Part shown: piece after piece, positions 1 through 8,777 of the stretch
How the letters are laid out: every line of letters starts with the position of its first letter
How positions within the stretch are numbered: the stretch's first letter is position 1
Source: Faecalibaculum rodentium
GTDB lineage: Bacteria; Bacillota_I; Bacilli_A; Erysipelotrichales; Erysipelotrichaceae
Length of the DNA stretch: 32,000 nucleotides
NCBI RefSeq assembly: GCF_001564455.1
Contig: NZ_CP011391.1
Location: forward strand, 2,010,001-2,042,000
Reading direction: 5' to 3'
Program-made: the position numbers and the translations under genes
Notes under the pieces: generated by a model
Seen by the model: only the letters and a program-made list of their open reading frames with translations
The model's database searches: none
Told to the model about the DNA's origin: nothing

Positions 1-802
1 AATCGGCCTCCGGTCCGGTCCAGGCAAAGGAATTCGGATTCAGTTGCTTCAAGGCCCACCACGCACGGGGTGTGTTGTAGGTATGATCCGAATCATCGTG
101 GCTTCCGAAAGCATCCCGGGGATTGAAGGGTTCCTCCGGATCCATCCGCAGGTCCAGACTGTTGTCCTTCACGAATGTCTCCAGGTCCGCAGAGCCGATG
201 AAGTTTTCCGGATCGCTGAAATCGAAGAAGTCGAGCCCCAGCTGGTTGGGGATCACGGAATAGGCATCATCCGGCAGGCGCCGGGCCATCCAGTGGTGTC
301 CGCCAATGGTTTCCAGCCACCAGACGTCTTTGCCGTCGCAGAAGCCGATGCCGTTCATTTCATAGGTCCCATACTGCTCCAGCAGGGATCCCAGACGCAG
401 GCAGCCTTCCTTTGCGGTTCTGACATACGGCAGGACGATGGTCACAAGATCCTCCTCGCCGATGCCGCCTTTCACCAGCGGATCGGCTCCCTGGACCCGT
501 GGATTGGAGGTGATGGTCTCCGTGGCAGTCATCGCCACGTTCGCTGCATTGATCCCAGCCGAAGCCCATTCCCCTTCATCCTTCATGGCGTTGGGAACAC
601 AGGCATAGGGCATGGGATCATCCGGAAGTTCGATGGTGACTTTGGAAATCACCGAGGTATAGCTCCGGGGCTGGTCCTGGGGAAGGACCGCCACGAATTT
701 CTTCGGGGTATAGCTTCCGGCTCCGGAGTCGGAGTTGCGGGCAATCAGGGTGCTTCCGTCGGCAGAAGCGAGTTTTCCGACCAGCAGTGTGGTACAGGGC
801 AT
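1..802 (-). CDS. C69 family dipeptidase, N-terminal part (C-terminus lies beyond window start)
   Basis: The minus frame is open from the window edge to ATG at 802-800. The reverse complement reads [29 protein letters not shown], clearly paralogous to the neighbouring full-length gene (MPCTTILVGKDATYDGSTLMARNDDSGAG). Cys3 is typical of the C69/Ntn dipeptidase nucleophile. GGAGG (revcomp of 811-815) lies 8 nt upstream. The listed + ORF 44..874 is its antisense shadow. Confidence 0.8.
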   Translation of the reverse strand, partial: MPCTTLLVGKLASADGSTLIARNSDSGAGSYTPKKFVAVLPQDQPRSYTSVISKVTIELPDDPMPYACVPNAMKDEGEWASAGINAANVAMTATETITSNPRVQGADPLVKGGIGEEDLVTIVLPYVRTAKEGCLRLGSLLEQYGTYEMNGIGFCDGKDVWWLETIGGHHWMARRLPDDAYSVIPNQLGLDFFDFSDPENFIGSADLETFVKDNSLDLRMDPEEPFNPRDAFGSHDDSDHTYNTPRAWWALKQLNPNSFAWTGPEAD

Positions 803-976
803 AGTGATACCTCCTTGGCACACAGTGACAGATCCAGGGCACGCCGGGTCCGGCCACTGCTGTCGCTGATTTGAGAGTAGCACAATCCCGGTTCAATGGA
901 ATCAGGCAGACAAGGACTCCATGTCCGGCTTTGTCTGTCTGCCCTGCACCTGGAGCCGGCCATCTGTCCATCACGC

Positions 977-1000
977 AAAATGCCGGCAGCAGCCGGCATT
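977..1000 (-). terminator. Hairpin terminator after dipeptidase gene 2
   Basis: Perfect 9-bp stem AATGCCGGC/GCCGGCATT with a 4-nt loop, a few nt downstream of the TAG at 1007-1009. The U-run is short (UUUU, partly inside the stem). Confidence 0.45.
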
Positions 1001-1006
1001 CAGTCT

Positions 1007-2449
1007 CTACGCATCGCTGCGCGAGAAGGCGTTCTTCATATTGTTCGACAATGTATAGAGGACCTGCGACAGAGCTTCCTGACTGGCGGCTTCTGCCATG
1101 TCCGCGAGTTTCTGATTGGCTTCCATGCACAGCTTTACCCGGGTTTCCTCATCCGCAGCCGCGGCGATCTTCGGATCGCAGGCATCGAGAATCGCATGGG
1201 CCTCATTCATGGTCCTGTTCTGGTACCGTTCAATGATGGATGCCGTTTCCCGGTCCACTGCATCAGCCATTGCCGCGATCAGACGGCTTGTCCAATAGAA
1301 GCTGTTGGTGTTCACGTCCATTGTGGTGTCTCCCACATAAGCCGGTGTGGCGGTGATGTGCTGATAGAACGGAATCAGGGCATTGAATTCATTCGCCGCA
1401 AACGACAGCCACTCCACGGACGTGCCGTTGTGCTTCATCTGCAGCACCCCCAGGAAGGCTGTGCGGTTGATGCCAATGGTGCGGAAGGCGCCGGCCATGG
1501 ACTTGTCTCCGTGGTGCATGTAGGGATCGTAGGGCGTTCCCTGGTAGTGGCCCGCCAGGACATACTTGATGTCCTCCACCGTGATTTTCTTCTCCGGCAC
1601 CAGGGACCAGGGGATGTCGTCGCTGTCCGGCCGGAAATCTGCATCCGGACCATCCCAGACAAAGGTGTTGGGGTTGAAGTACCGCTCCATCCACCAGGCA
1701 CGTGGCGTGTTGTAGGTATGGTCTGAATCCGCATGGGACCCGAACGCCGCCCGGGGATCAAAGGCATCCCCGGGATCCATGGACAGGTCCAGGTGATTGT
1801 TCTTTACAAAGTCTTCGAGACCGGCGCTGCACAGGCAGTTTTTCTGTTCCCCTGCTGCATCCTCAAAATCAAAATAGTCGATTCCCAGCTGGTTGGGAAT
1901 CACGGCATAGGCGTTGTCCGGTACACGTCTGGCCATCCAGTGGTGACCCCCAATGGTTTCCAGGTACCAGATTTCATCCGCATCGGAGTAGCCGATGCCG
2001 CTCATTTCATATGTCCCGTATTTTTCCAGCAGCCTGCCGGTATACAGAACGCCATCCCGTGCACTCTTGATGTACGGCAGGATCACGGTGATGAAGTCCT
2101 CTTCCCCCAGTCCTCCGGGAACAAGAGGATCCGCACCCAGGACCCGGGGATTCGAGGTGATGGTCTCCGTTGCGCTCATGGCCACATTTGCACTGTTGAT
2201 TCCCGCCTCGGATTTGTACCCTGTTCCCGGTTCGACATTCGGACAGCAGGTGTAGGACATGGGATTATCCGGGAGTTCCAGCTGAATGTGCGAAGTGACG
2301 GATTCATAGTGCCGGGGCTGTTGTTCCGGGGTGATCAGAACGTATTTCTTCACCGTGAACTTCCCCGCCCCGGAGTCGTCATTGCGCGCCATCAGCGTGC
2401 TGCCATCATATGTGGCGTCTTTTCCAACCAGAATCGTTGTACAGGGCAT
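1007..2449 (-). CDS. C69 family dipeptidase (480 aa)
   Basis: ORF 1007..2650 trimmed to the internal ATG at 2449-2447 (MPCTTILVGK...), which has AGGAGG-like revcomp 'aaggaggga' just upstream. N-terminal Cys nucleophile and a length of about 480 aa fit peptidase family C69. The 67 upstream codons of the tracked ORF have no RBS and look non-coding. Confidence 0.85.
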   Translation of the reverse strand: MPCTTILVGKDATYDGSTLMARNDDSGAGKFTVKKYVLITPEQQPRHYESVTSHIQLELPDNPMSYTCCPNVEPGTGYKSEAGINSANVAMSATETITSNPRVLGADPLVPGGLGEEDFITVILPYIKSARDGVLYTGRLLEKYGTYEMSGIGYSDADEIWYLETIGGHHWMARRVPDNAYAVIPNQLGIDYFDFEDAAGEQKNCLCSAGLEDFVKNNHLDLSMDPGDAFDPRAAFGSHADSDHTYNTPRAWWMERYFNPNTFVWDGPDADFRPDSDDIPWSLVPEKKITVEDIKYVLAGHYQGTPYDPYMHHGDKSMAGAFRTIGINRTAFLGVLQMKHNGTSVEWLSFAANEFNALIPFYQHITATPAYVGDTTMDVNTNSFYWTSRLIAAMADAVDRETASIIERYQNRTMNEAHAILDACDPKIAAAADEETRVKLCMEANQKLADMAEAASQEALSQVLYTLSNNMKNAFSRSDA

Positions 2450-2583
2450 AAGGGTCCCTCCTTCTGTGCCGATGGCCCCTGAGCGGGCCGGCATCGTATA
2501 CAAAAAATCATAGTCTCGCTTCAGGGGCTGTGCATGTCTCATGCCCGGTGCCGGTGAGGATTCGCGTGACTGGCGGGTCTGTG

Positions 2584-2620
2584 CAAAAGGCAGCTTCCGT
2601 TTGAAGGAAACCGCCTTTTG
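2584..2620 (-). terminator. Hairpin downstream of the Rpn-like gene (possible terminator)
   Basis: CAAAAGGC...GCCTTTTG outer arms with an imperfect GC-rich inner stem, about 85 nt after the stop at 2705. A/T runs flank it on both sides. Confidence 0.4.
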
Positions 2621-2704
2621 CAGATATGGATGGTGCCAGGGGCATCTCATTCGTTTCCGGGAACTGCCGCTGCAGCCAGTGACTGGATTCCAGTGGCAGG
2701 TTTC

Positions 2705-3700
2705 TCAGCTTCTTTCGCTGACTGCGATTTCCTCCAGGATTTCCTCCATGCGTTTGCTGGATTCCAGGATTTCACCGAGTTCCATTCCCCGGCCTTTGCG
2801 ATTCAGATACTCCATCACTTTCCGGATGATGTTCCGTTCCTCGGCTTTGCCTTTTTCTATTCCTTTCTCTATTCCTTTCTCTATTCCTTTCTCAATTCCA
2901 TCTCTCATTCCTGCCTTTAATCCCTCTTCTCTGGCTTCTATACATGCCTGGCGTGCTTTCTGTGCCTCTGCAAGACTTAAAAATGGAAACACCATCTCCA
3001 TGGTCTGATCCTCCTCTTTCATGTTTCTCAACTCCTCCAGCATCCCTGCTGACAACTCAATACCGGCGATCGCCGCCATGACACGGGCAGTCGCCACAAA
3101 GTACTTGAGTCTGCCTTTGGCTCCAGTATACGGGATACCGCTGCGGCAGCACTTCACCAGTCTTGCGATTTCGCGAAAATCTGATTCAAGTGACTCGATG
3201 ACCTTCCACGGCAGATCTCCGATATCCACCACAGTGACCCGGTCGTTGCCAATCAGGTCGGGTGTCAGAGATGCCAGACGGTGACCGTAGAGCTCCCGGA
3301 GTGTTTTGGGTCCTTTCCATTTTTTCTGGCCGAAATACAGAATGACTCCAATCTCCGGCAGCGCAGTCCCGCCGTCTTCCAGCACCCGCATGAGGTTGCC
3401 TGCTGCATAATTCGGCAGTCTTCCTATGGTCCACCGCTCTTCTTTTGTCTGGTTCTCGTTTCCAATCACCAGCGCTCCGTCCGGACTCCAGTCAGGACAC
3501 CATTTCATGTACAAATCCCGCTCCAGTTCCCGGATACCCCGGGCTGTATCGCGAAAGGTATGAACCGGGAGATGCTTCAGCTCTGATGCCCGGACTTCCG
3601 GCAGCTGCGGACTGCACCAGCGGACCAGTCTGTTGAATACATCCGCAAAAATATCCGGCTGTTCCAGGATGTGTCGTTCTGTTATGTCTTTGTCTTTCAC
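2705..3700 (-). CDS. PD-(D/E)XK nuclease family putative transposase (Rpn/YhgA-like), 331 aa
   Basis: The N-terminal half has the D...(E/N)xQ-type core (ERDLYMKW...VIGNENQTKEE). The C-terminal helical region with GIEKG repeats is typical of Rpn-type proteins. It resembles the other PD-(D/E)XK paralogs in this window. Confidence 0.7.
   Translation of the reverse strand: MKDKDITERHILEQPDIFADVFNRLVRWCSPQLPEVRASELKHLPVHTFRDTARGIRELERDLYMKWCPDWSPDGALVIGNENQTKEERWTIGRLPNYAAGNLMRVLEDGGTALPEIGVILYFGQKKWKGPKTLRELYGHRLASLTPDLIGNDRVTVVDIGDLPWKVIESLESDFREIARLVKCCRSGIPYTGAKGRLKYFVATARVMAAIAGIELSAGMLEELRNMKEEDQTMEMVFPFLSLAEAQKARQACIEAREEGLKAGMRDGIEKGIEKGIEKGIEKGKAEERNIIRKVMEYLNRKGRGMELGEILESSKRMEEILEEIAVSERS
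2858..2893. repeat. In-frame 12-bp tandem repeat x3 (tattcctttctc), flanked by degenerate units
   Basis: Three perfect units at 2858-2869, 2870-2881 and 2882-2893. They encode the GIEKGIEKGIEKGIEKG tract of the Rpn-like protein. Confidence 0.85.
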
Positions 3701-3914
3701 TCATTCCTCCATTTCTGATGTCCAGAACCAGTCTGGCTGCCTTGCCCCTTTGTCTGGATGGGGCCTTCTCAAACAAGCCCTGGTTATAGATACGCAGCGG
3801 GGCACTGTTTTTGATGAAATTCCCTGGTACATATGTCTCAAACACAGAACCTGCTCTCACTCCATCCCTTTTCCCACACATCCCCCTTCCCTCCCTTCTG
3901 CCATCATTGACCAC

Positions 3915-3942
3915 AAAAAAAACAGCACAACCACTGTGCTGT
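3915..3942 (-). terminator. Intrinsic terminator of the PTP/PHP operon
   Basis: On the minus strand, an 8-bp perfect stem ACAGCACA/TGTGCTGT with a 5-nt loop is followed by U8 (A-run 3915-3922 on +). It lies 22 nt after the stop at 3964. Confidence 0.65.
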
Positions 3943-3963
3943 CTTCAGTCTCCGTCTTTTCCC

Positions 3964-4785
3964 TCAGTCCCACAGGGATTCCGGTTCAAATCCGTTGTCG
4001 GTCAGGACCATGACTTCATCAAATCCTGCTGCCCGGGCACGGGCGCGGGCAATGTCAAACCCGCAGTCCAGGTTTTGCCGGGCGTGGCAGTCGGACGTGA
4101 TGCAGACTTTCCCGCCATGGTCGTGAATATACTGCAGCAGGATCGCATGGGGATACGGCTCGCTGCGATAACCCCGGGGCATGGCGCCGGTATTGATCTC
4201 GAAGATCTTTCCGGAGGCGATCAGCATATCGATGGCTTCCTGCGCCAGGGCCAGATATTCAGGGTCGGCAAAGGGATGCATGGCTTCCTGTTCATTGTAT
4301 TTCATCAAAAGATCCAGATGACCCACAATGTCTGCCTCAGGGCGGGCAGCAATTTTCTTCACTTCCCGGTAATAGGCCCGGGCATAGGCCAGGAAGTCAC
4401 CGCCGAAGTCCTCTTCCAGGATCTCGCGGGCTTTTTCCGGACTGTAATCCACCGGCTTCCATTCTCCCGAAGGCGTCGGGATGAAATGACAGGAAGCAAT
4501 GACGTAATCAAAGGCAGGGTCGGCGTAGATCCGGCCTGTCAGGTCTTCCTCGATCCCCAGCCAGATTTTCAGCCGGTCTTTGTATCGGATCCGGGCCTCC
4601 ATCACGGAATAGATGTAGGCGGCTTCCCGTTCATCATCCAGAGAACAGGTGTCCAGCGGATGGGCATAACCGTGGGAGGAAAATCCCAGGGAATCAAAGC
4701 CCTTGTCGATGGCTGTGCGCGCCAGATCCTCGATGGTGTCCTTCCCGTCGCAGAACCGGCAGTGGGTGTGCAGATTCTGTTTCAT
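3964..4785 (-). CDS. PHP-domain histidinol-phosphatase family protein (HisJ/HisK-like), 273 aa
   Basis: N-terminal HTHCRFCDGK metal-binding motif, later SSHGY and GHLD motifs, and a length typical of the PHP histidinol phosphatase family. Its start overlaps the upstream gene's stop by 4 nt. Confidence 0.7.
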   Translation of the reverse strand: MKQNLHTHCRFCDGKDTIEDLARTAIDKGFDSLGFSSHGYAHPLDTCSLDDEREAAYIYSVMEARIRYKDRLKIWLGIEEDLTGRIYADPAFDYVIASCHFIPTPSGEWKPVDYSPEKAREILEEDFGGDFLAYARAYYREVKKIAARPEADIVGHLDLLMKYNEQEAMHPFADPEYLALAQEAIDMLIASGKIFEINTGAMPRGYRSEPYPHAILLQYIHDHGGKVCITSDCHARQNLDCGFDIARARARAAGFDEVMVLTDNGFEPESLWD

Positions 4786-5249
4786 GCCTGTGTCCTCTTT
4801 CCTGTCTTCCCGGCTGTACCGTTTTTTTCTGCGGATTCCTCCAGCAAAGAGCAGATGCCTGCAGTCAGGTCCCTGTATGTAGTTTCGAAATCCCCCGTAT
4901 ACCAGGGATCGGCCACATCCCGGTCCAGCAGCATACGAATCTTGTGTTCCGGATCACTGGAAATGATGCGGCGGATATTGCGCAGATTGTTCTGGTCCAT
5001 GACCACAATGGCATCGAACCGGTCATAGTCTTCGGGCTTTACCTGCCTGGCATAATGGCGGTCAAAGGGGATTCCATGGGCCTGCAGGGTCCGTTTTGCG
5101 GGAGGATACAGATCTGCACCGATTTCCTCCCGGCTTGTTGCCGCGGAATCAAAGGTGACTCTTTCTGGATCCGCCAGAAACCGGGCTATGTATTTGGCCA
5201 TCGCCGACCGGCAGATATTGCCATGGCAGACAAACAGAATGTGTTTCAT
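4782..5249 (-). CDS. Low-molecular-weight protein-tyrosine phosphatase (LMW-PTP), 155 aa
   Basis: The signature VCHGNICRS (CX5R[S/T] P-loop) sits at residues 7-15. A DPWY-type Asp loop lies near the C-terminus. Size is typical. Confidence 0.85.
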   Translation of the reverse strand: MKHILFVCHGNICRSAMAKYIARFLADPERVTFDSAATSREEIGADLYPPAKRTLQAHGIPFDRHYARQVKPEDYDRFDAIVVMDQNNLRNIRRIISSDPEHKIRMLLDRDVADPWYTGDFETTYRDLTAGICSLLEESAEKNGTAGKTGKRTQA

Positions 5250-5333
5250 ATGCGACCTCCTTTGTCCAGCACTGCATTTCGTCCATCATAACAGACTGTC
5301 TGGCACAGTGCCACCGGCGACTCAGGAGCCCTG

Positions 5334-5342
5334 TGCTATACT
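5334..5342 (+). promoter_or_regulatory. Extended -10 element (TGcTATACT) upstream of 5373 gene
   Basis: tgctatact at 5334-5342, with AAGGAG at 5356-5361 and ATG at 5373. No good -35 was seen. Confidence 0.35.
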
Positions 5343-5372
5343 GAAGGCAATCGACAAGGAGCGATTTGCACT

Positions 5373-5972
5373 ATGATTCAGGAACGTACACTCATCATGG
5401 AGGAACCCGCATCGGATCTGCGGAAAGGCACAGGCACGCTGAAAGTGGGTATGGTCCTCAAAACAGATCCCGGCTCCGGACTTCCCTATGAAGTCTTCTG
5501 GGCAGAATTCAACCAGCCCAAGGCAGAACTGGCAGCTTTCAAAAAACTGCTGCAGCTGGAACCGCTGACAAAGGAAGAACTGTATTCCATCCGTCCCTAT
5601 CACTTCAAGGATGTCTACCTGTCGCGGGAAAGCGATGCATCCCTGAAGGATGCGGCCATTCTCGAACTGGCCACCACAGCATGGATGCCGCTGGAGTTCG
5701 AAAAAAGCTGGCTGGAGGACGTGGATGCCCTGCGGGCTTCAATCCAGGAACTCGATGCGGCGCAGGTGGAAGACGACTATTCCATGGTCCGTCCCCACTG
5801 GACGCAGGTGGAGGCCGACAAAAAGCTGGCGGATGCGGTGGACAGCTGGGCCGCACAGCAGAGCCGATTCATACGGTACTGGAAGGACAGGGTTCCGTTT
5901 GACAAAGACGAGACCTTCCAGCTGCTCGTGAGCGAGAACCTTATCCGTCACCCGGATTCCATACGGTATTGA
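5373..5972 (+). CDS. Hypothetical protein, 199 aa
   Basis: Long ORF with AAGGAG 11 nt upstream, followed 3 nt later by the next ORF (operon-like). No motif recognised. Confidence 0.55.
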   Translation: MIQERTLIMEEPASDLRKGTGTLKVGMVLKTDPGSGLPYEVFWAEFNQPKAELAAFKKLLQLEPLTKEELYSIRPYHFKDVYLSRESDASLKDAAILELATTAWMPLEFEKSWLEDVDALRASIQELDAAQVEDDYSMVRPHWTQVEADKKLADAVDSWAAQQSRFIRYWKDRVPFDKDETFQLLVSENLIRHPDSIRY

Positions 5973-5975
5973 GCC

Positions 5976-6236
5976 ATGGATCAGACATGGGCCGCTGAGC
6001 GGGAAAACCAGGCACTGTCCCTGGTCATGAAGCTTGAAGGGCAGCCCTTTACCTACCTGGGGCCTGATTCCTTCTATCATGGAAAAACCGGCACCTTTTC
6101 CCTGCTCAATGACATGAACTGCTGCGGCGCCACGGACCGGATCCTGTTTGCCTTCGAGGCACCAGACTGCCGGAAGGTGCTGGATGCAGCCCAGCTGGAA
6201 TCCTTTTACCGGGACTGCCGGAAAGAAACTGCCTGA
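5976..6236 (+). CDS. Hypothetical protein, 86 aa
   Basis: ORF tightly coupled to 5373..5972 and followed by a strong bidirectional terminator. No motif recognised. Confidence 0.5.
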   Translation: MDQTWAAERENQALSLVMKLEGQPFTYLGPDSFYHGKTGTFSLLNDMNCCGATDRILFAFEAPDCRKVLDAAQLESFYRDCRKETA

Positions 6237-6277
6237 ACAAACAGTTCCGGCATCCGGTCTGCTCACAACACAAAAAG

Positions 6278-6336
6278 AAAAGGCGCAGAACGCTGCCTGT
6301 CCCCGTCAGGACATGGGCATGACTTCTGCGCCTTTT
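6278..6336. terminator. Bidirectional terminator between convergent genes
   Basis: Perfect 13-nt arms AAAAGGCGCAGAA / TTCTGCGCCTTTT (6278-6290 and 6324-6336), with an A-run on one side and a T-run on the other. It lies between the stops at 6236 (+) and 6388 (-). Confidence 0.6.
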
Positions 6337-6387
6337 GTCTGTTTATCGCTTCGATCCGTATTGGACTGTATTGACCGTCCGGCTGTT

Positions 6388-7053
6388 TCAGCTGCCTGTG
6401 CCGGCATCTGGTTCAGCGTCCCAGGGTCTGAGCAGTTCTTTGTAGACAGCCCTCAGCTCCTCTTTCTCGGCGTCGGTCATGGTGCGTTCCTTCGCATCAT
6501 GGCCCTCCACCGTTCCTTCATGCCCCCCGGTGACTTCCCCGTTTTCCACCCGGATCACCAGGGGCACATACAGTGTCAGTTCTCCCTGGTCGTTGTCACT
6601 CATCCACTCGCGGATATACGGCGTGATGCGGGCTTTCTGTTCCTCATCATACAGCCGGTTTTTGTCCGCATCCCGGGTCTTTACATACCGGATCTGCTGT
6701 CCGGTTTCTCCGGCCTCCTCCAGCAGCAGCGGCACTGCCTCCTGGCACCAGGGGCAGTTTTCAAACCCGAAATAGTAGATTCCTGTCTTCCCGTGTTCCA
6801 GGTCCTGGAGTGCCTGTTCAAAGGAGATCTCCTCCATCCCCTGTCGGCTGTCTGTTCCTGCATCTGCATCACAAGCCGTGTCCTGGCCGCTGCATGCCGG
6901 AACGGATCCATCGGCCGCCGGGGTCTTCTTTGCTGTCTCTTTGTCTTTGAAGGATCCTGCGCTGTCTTGTGCCGATGGTGCAGGAGAGGCCGTGCTGCAG
7001 CCCGAAAGGGCAAGCATTGCTGCCAGCATGAGGCCTGTGAGCGTTTTTTTCAT
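6388..7053 (-). CDS. Thioredoxin-fold lipoprotein, 221 aa
   Basis: Signal peptide with the lipobox LALSGC, a low-complexity linker, then FGFENCPWCQEAVP (CxxC redox motif in thioredoxin-like context). RBS AAGGTGGA lies upstream of the ATG at 7053. Confidence 0.75.
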   Translation of the reverse strand: MKKTLTGLMLAAMLALSGCSTASPAPSAQDSAGSFKDKETAKKTPAADGSVPACSGQDTACDADAGTDSRQGMEEISFEQALQDLEHGKTGIYYFGFENCPWCQEAVPLLLEEAGETGQQIRYVKTRDADKNRLYDEEQKARITPYIREWMSDNDQGELTLYVPLVIRVENGEVTGGHEGTVEGHDAKERTMTDAEKEELRAVYKELLRPWDAEPDAGTGS

Positions 7054-7132
7054 ATTTCCACCTTAACTTTCCCGGAATGTCACTTCTTTTTGACGAAGGC
7101 CTGATATGGTCCTGTCAGGAGGAAATCATATC

Positions 7133-7351
7133 ATGAAATTCAAATGCACTCTGACCTGCGATACCGAAGACCCCAGGCTCATCCGGTTTCTGGAATCTCA
7201 TTCTCTCAACGAGCTGTTTCACTTCCTGCTCTCGCAGTACATCGACGATCTCTGGACCCTCATCGAGTCCCCGGAATTCATTGCCGCGGAGGAAGCCGAG
7301 CGGCAGGAACGACGGGAACAGGAAGCTTCCGTCATGCAGCCGGACTGCTGA
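7133..7351 (+). CDS. Small hypothetical protein, 72 aa
   Basis: ORF 7106..7351 trimmed to ATG 7133 (MKFKCTL...), which has AGGAGG 9 nt upstream. Acidic C-terminus. No motif recognised. Confidence 0.5.
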   Translation: MKFKCTLTCDTEDPRLIRFLESHSLNELFHFLLSQYIDDLWTLIESPEFIAAEEAERQERREQEASVMQPDC

Positions 7352-7536
7352 GAGATACAGGTGTTTTGTGTAAGCGGTTGCCTCTGTGGCAGCCATGCGG
7401 GACCTGTCACCATTGACCCGCTGCGGGGTTCCGGACGATTTACGGGCAGAGTCCGGTATTGTACTCTTTCCTTATTCTTTGTGAAACACAGAGTTATTTG
7501 TGAAACATACATCAGCAGAAGAAGGAGAACAGGATT

Positions 7537-7953
7537 ATGCAGCATTCAATGTTCACCAGGCTCACCTGGCACACATTTTCCGGACTGTTCGCACAAGCCG
7601 CCGGGGAGGTGCTGGGTGTGACGGACACCGAAGCCATGATGGAAGCCACCCGGGAAAACTACAGCCGGATCGTCTCCCATCTTCCCGAAATCTGTCTCTC
7701 AGGCCGCGAATCCAGCCTGCGGCTCATCACGGCGATCTACCTCGCCTCTCTCATGAGCATGGACAGGACCTTCACGGAGGAAGAACTCGTGGCGTATTAC
7801 GAACACGCGGTTCTGCAGCGCAACATGACACTCTCGGAGCTTTCCAGGCACACGATCATGAAGAACCTCTGTTCCATGACCGGCGGCCTTTCGGAGATGT
7901 TCCACCAGTTCGGTCATTCGCACCTGACGCCAATCATCTGCCCGGTCAGCTGA
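7537..7953 (+). CDS. Hypothetical protein, 138 aa
   Basis: ATG preceded by GAAGGAGAA. The ORF is convergent with the HxlR-type regulator. No motif recognised. Confidence 0.55.
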   Translation: MQHSMFTRLTWHTFSGLFAQAAGEVLGVTDTEAMMEATRENYSRIVSHLPEICLSGRESSLRLITAIYLASLMSMDRTFTEEELVAYYEHAVLQRNMTLSELSRHTIMKNLCSMTGGLSEMFHQFGHSHLTPIICPVS

Positions 7954-8006
7954 GCTGCCGGGTTTTTACGTTTTCTGCCCCCGGAGATCCTTCTGTCCGC
8001 GGGCCG

Positions 8007-8378
8007 TCACTCCGGATCCCGGCAGTCATCGCCCGCCCGGCACGCACGCTGTTCCTGGGCAAGCAGCACTTCCCCCCATTGACAGAAGGCATCCAGCACC
8101 GGAATCAGCTGCCTCGACAGCTGCGACAGGTGGTATTCCACCCGCGGAGGAATTTCATTGTACTGGACCCGGATCACCAGCCCTTCCTCCTCCAGTTCCT
8201 TGAGGGTATTGGACAGCATCATGTTGGTGATCCCCAGCGCCCGCTTCAGTTCGTTGTAGCGCAGGGTGCCGTTTTCATTCAGCACATAAATCATGGGGAT
8301 TTTCCACTTTCCCTCCAGCGCCCGGCATGCCGCCCGCATGGGACACGTCTCGCTGGCATACACTATCATTTCCTTCAT
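8007..8378 (-). CDS. HxlR family transcriptional regulator, 123 aa
   Basis: CPMRAACRALEGKWKIPMIYVL...LRYNELKRAL..ITNMMLSNTLKELEEEGLVIR..Y.E.PPRVEY.L is the canonical HxlR winged-helix pattern. ATG at 8378 has GAGGTGA 7 nt upstream; the tracked ORF starts one codon earlier at GTG. Confidence 0.85.
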   Translation of the reverse strand: MKEMIVYASETCPMRAACRALEGKWKIPMIYVLNENGTLRYNELKRALGITNMMLSNTLKELEEEGLVIRVQYNEIPPRVEYHLSQLSRQLIPVLDAFCQWGEVLLAQEQRACRAGDDCRDPE

Positions 8379-8611
8379 CACAGGTCACCTCTGGCTGATT
8401 GTACCATTTTGCAAAGCGGGTATCAAAAACAGGAGCCGGTTCTAAAACAGGACCATCTGCTCTCTTTCCTCCCGCTGCAAGCCTGCGCGCTGCGTTCCCT
8501 GTCTGCTGATGATGACTGTCGCCGGCAGCACCACAGACGGAAAGGGTCCCTGTCTGCCCTCATCAGCATAAAAAAATCGTCAAAACTTACCAGATATGAA
8601 AAGTAGGTGTA

Positions 8612-8640
8612 TTGACAAAAACAGGACCTAATCTTATAAT
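8612..8640 (+). promoter_or_regulatory. Consensus sigma-A type promoter for lon
   Basis: TTGACA (8612-8617), a 17-nt spacer, then TATAAT (8635-8640). All 12 positions match consensus. The predicted leader to the lon ATG is about 130 nt. Confidence 0.65.
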
Positions 8641-8777
8641 TTGACAGTAACAATGGGATCAGTGCATGCCCACAGTTCCTCCGGCGGATACCCGCTGTCA
8701 AAACTGCCTGTGTCGCCGCCTGCGGGGATACAGACTGCATGGATCCCATCAGGCACTTGGAAAGTAGAGGAAACCAG

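Noticed and set aside
44-874. 276-aa + strand ORF at the window start
   Set aside because: It is the antisense shadow of the minus-strand C69 dipeptidase, which has a clear MPCTT start, an RBS and a paralog. Long antisense ORFs are expected in GC-rich coding DNA.
3811-5028. 405-aa + strand ORF
   Set aside because: It runs antisense to the well-supported PHP phosphatase and LMW-PTP genes. It has no motifs and no RBS.
7500-8606. 368-aa + strand ORF
   Set aside because: It overlaps the 7537..7953 ORF out of frame and the HxlR gene antisense. Its composition is low-complexity and Arg/Pro/His-rich, typical of off-frame GC-rich translation.
8612-8777. CIRCE (HrcA) or CtsR heptad operators in the lon promoter or leader
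   Set aside because: There is no TTAGCACTC-N9-GAGTGCTAA and no tandem GGTCAAA heptads. The two TTGACA hexamers are 30 nt apart and do not fit either operator.
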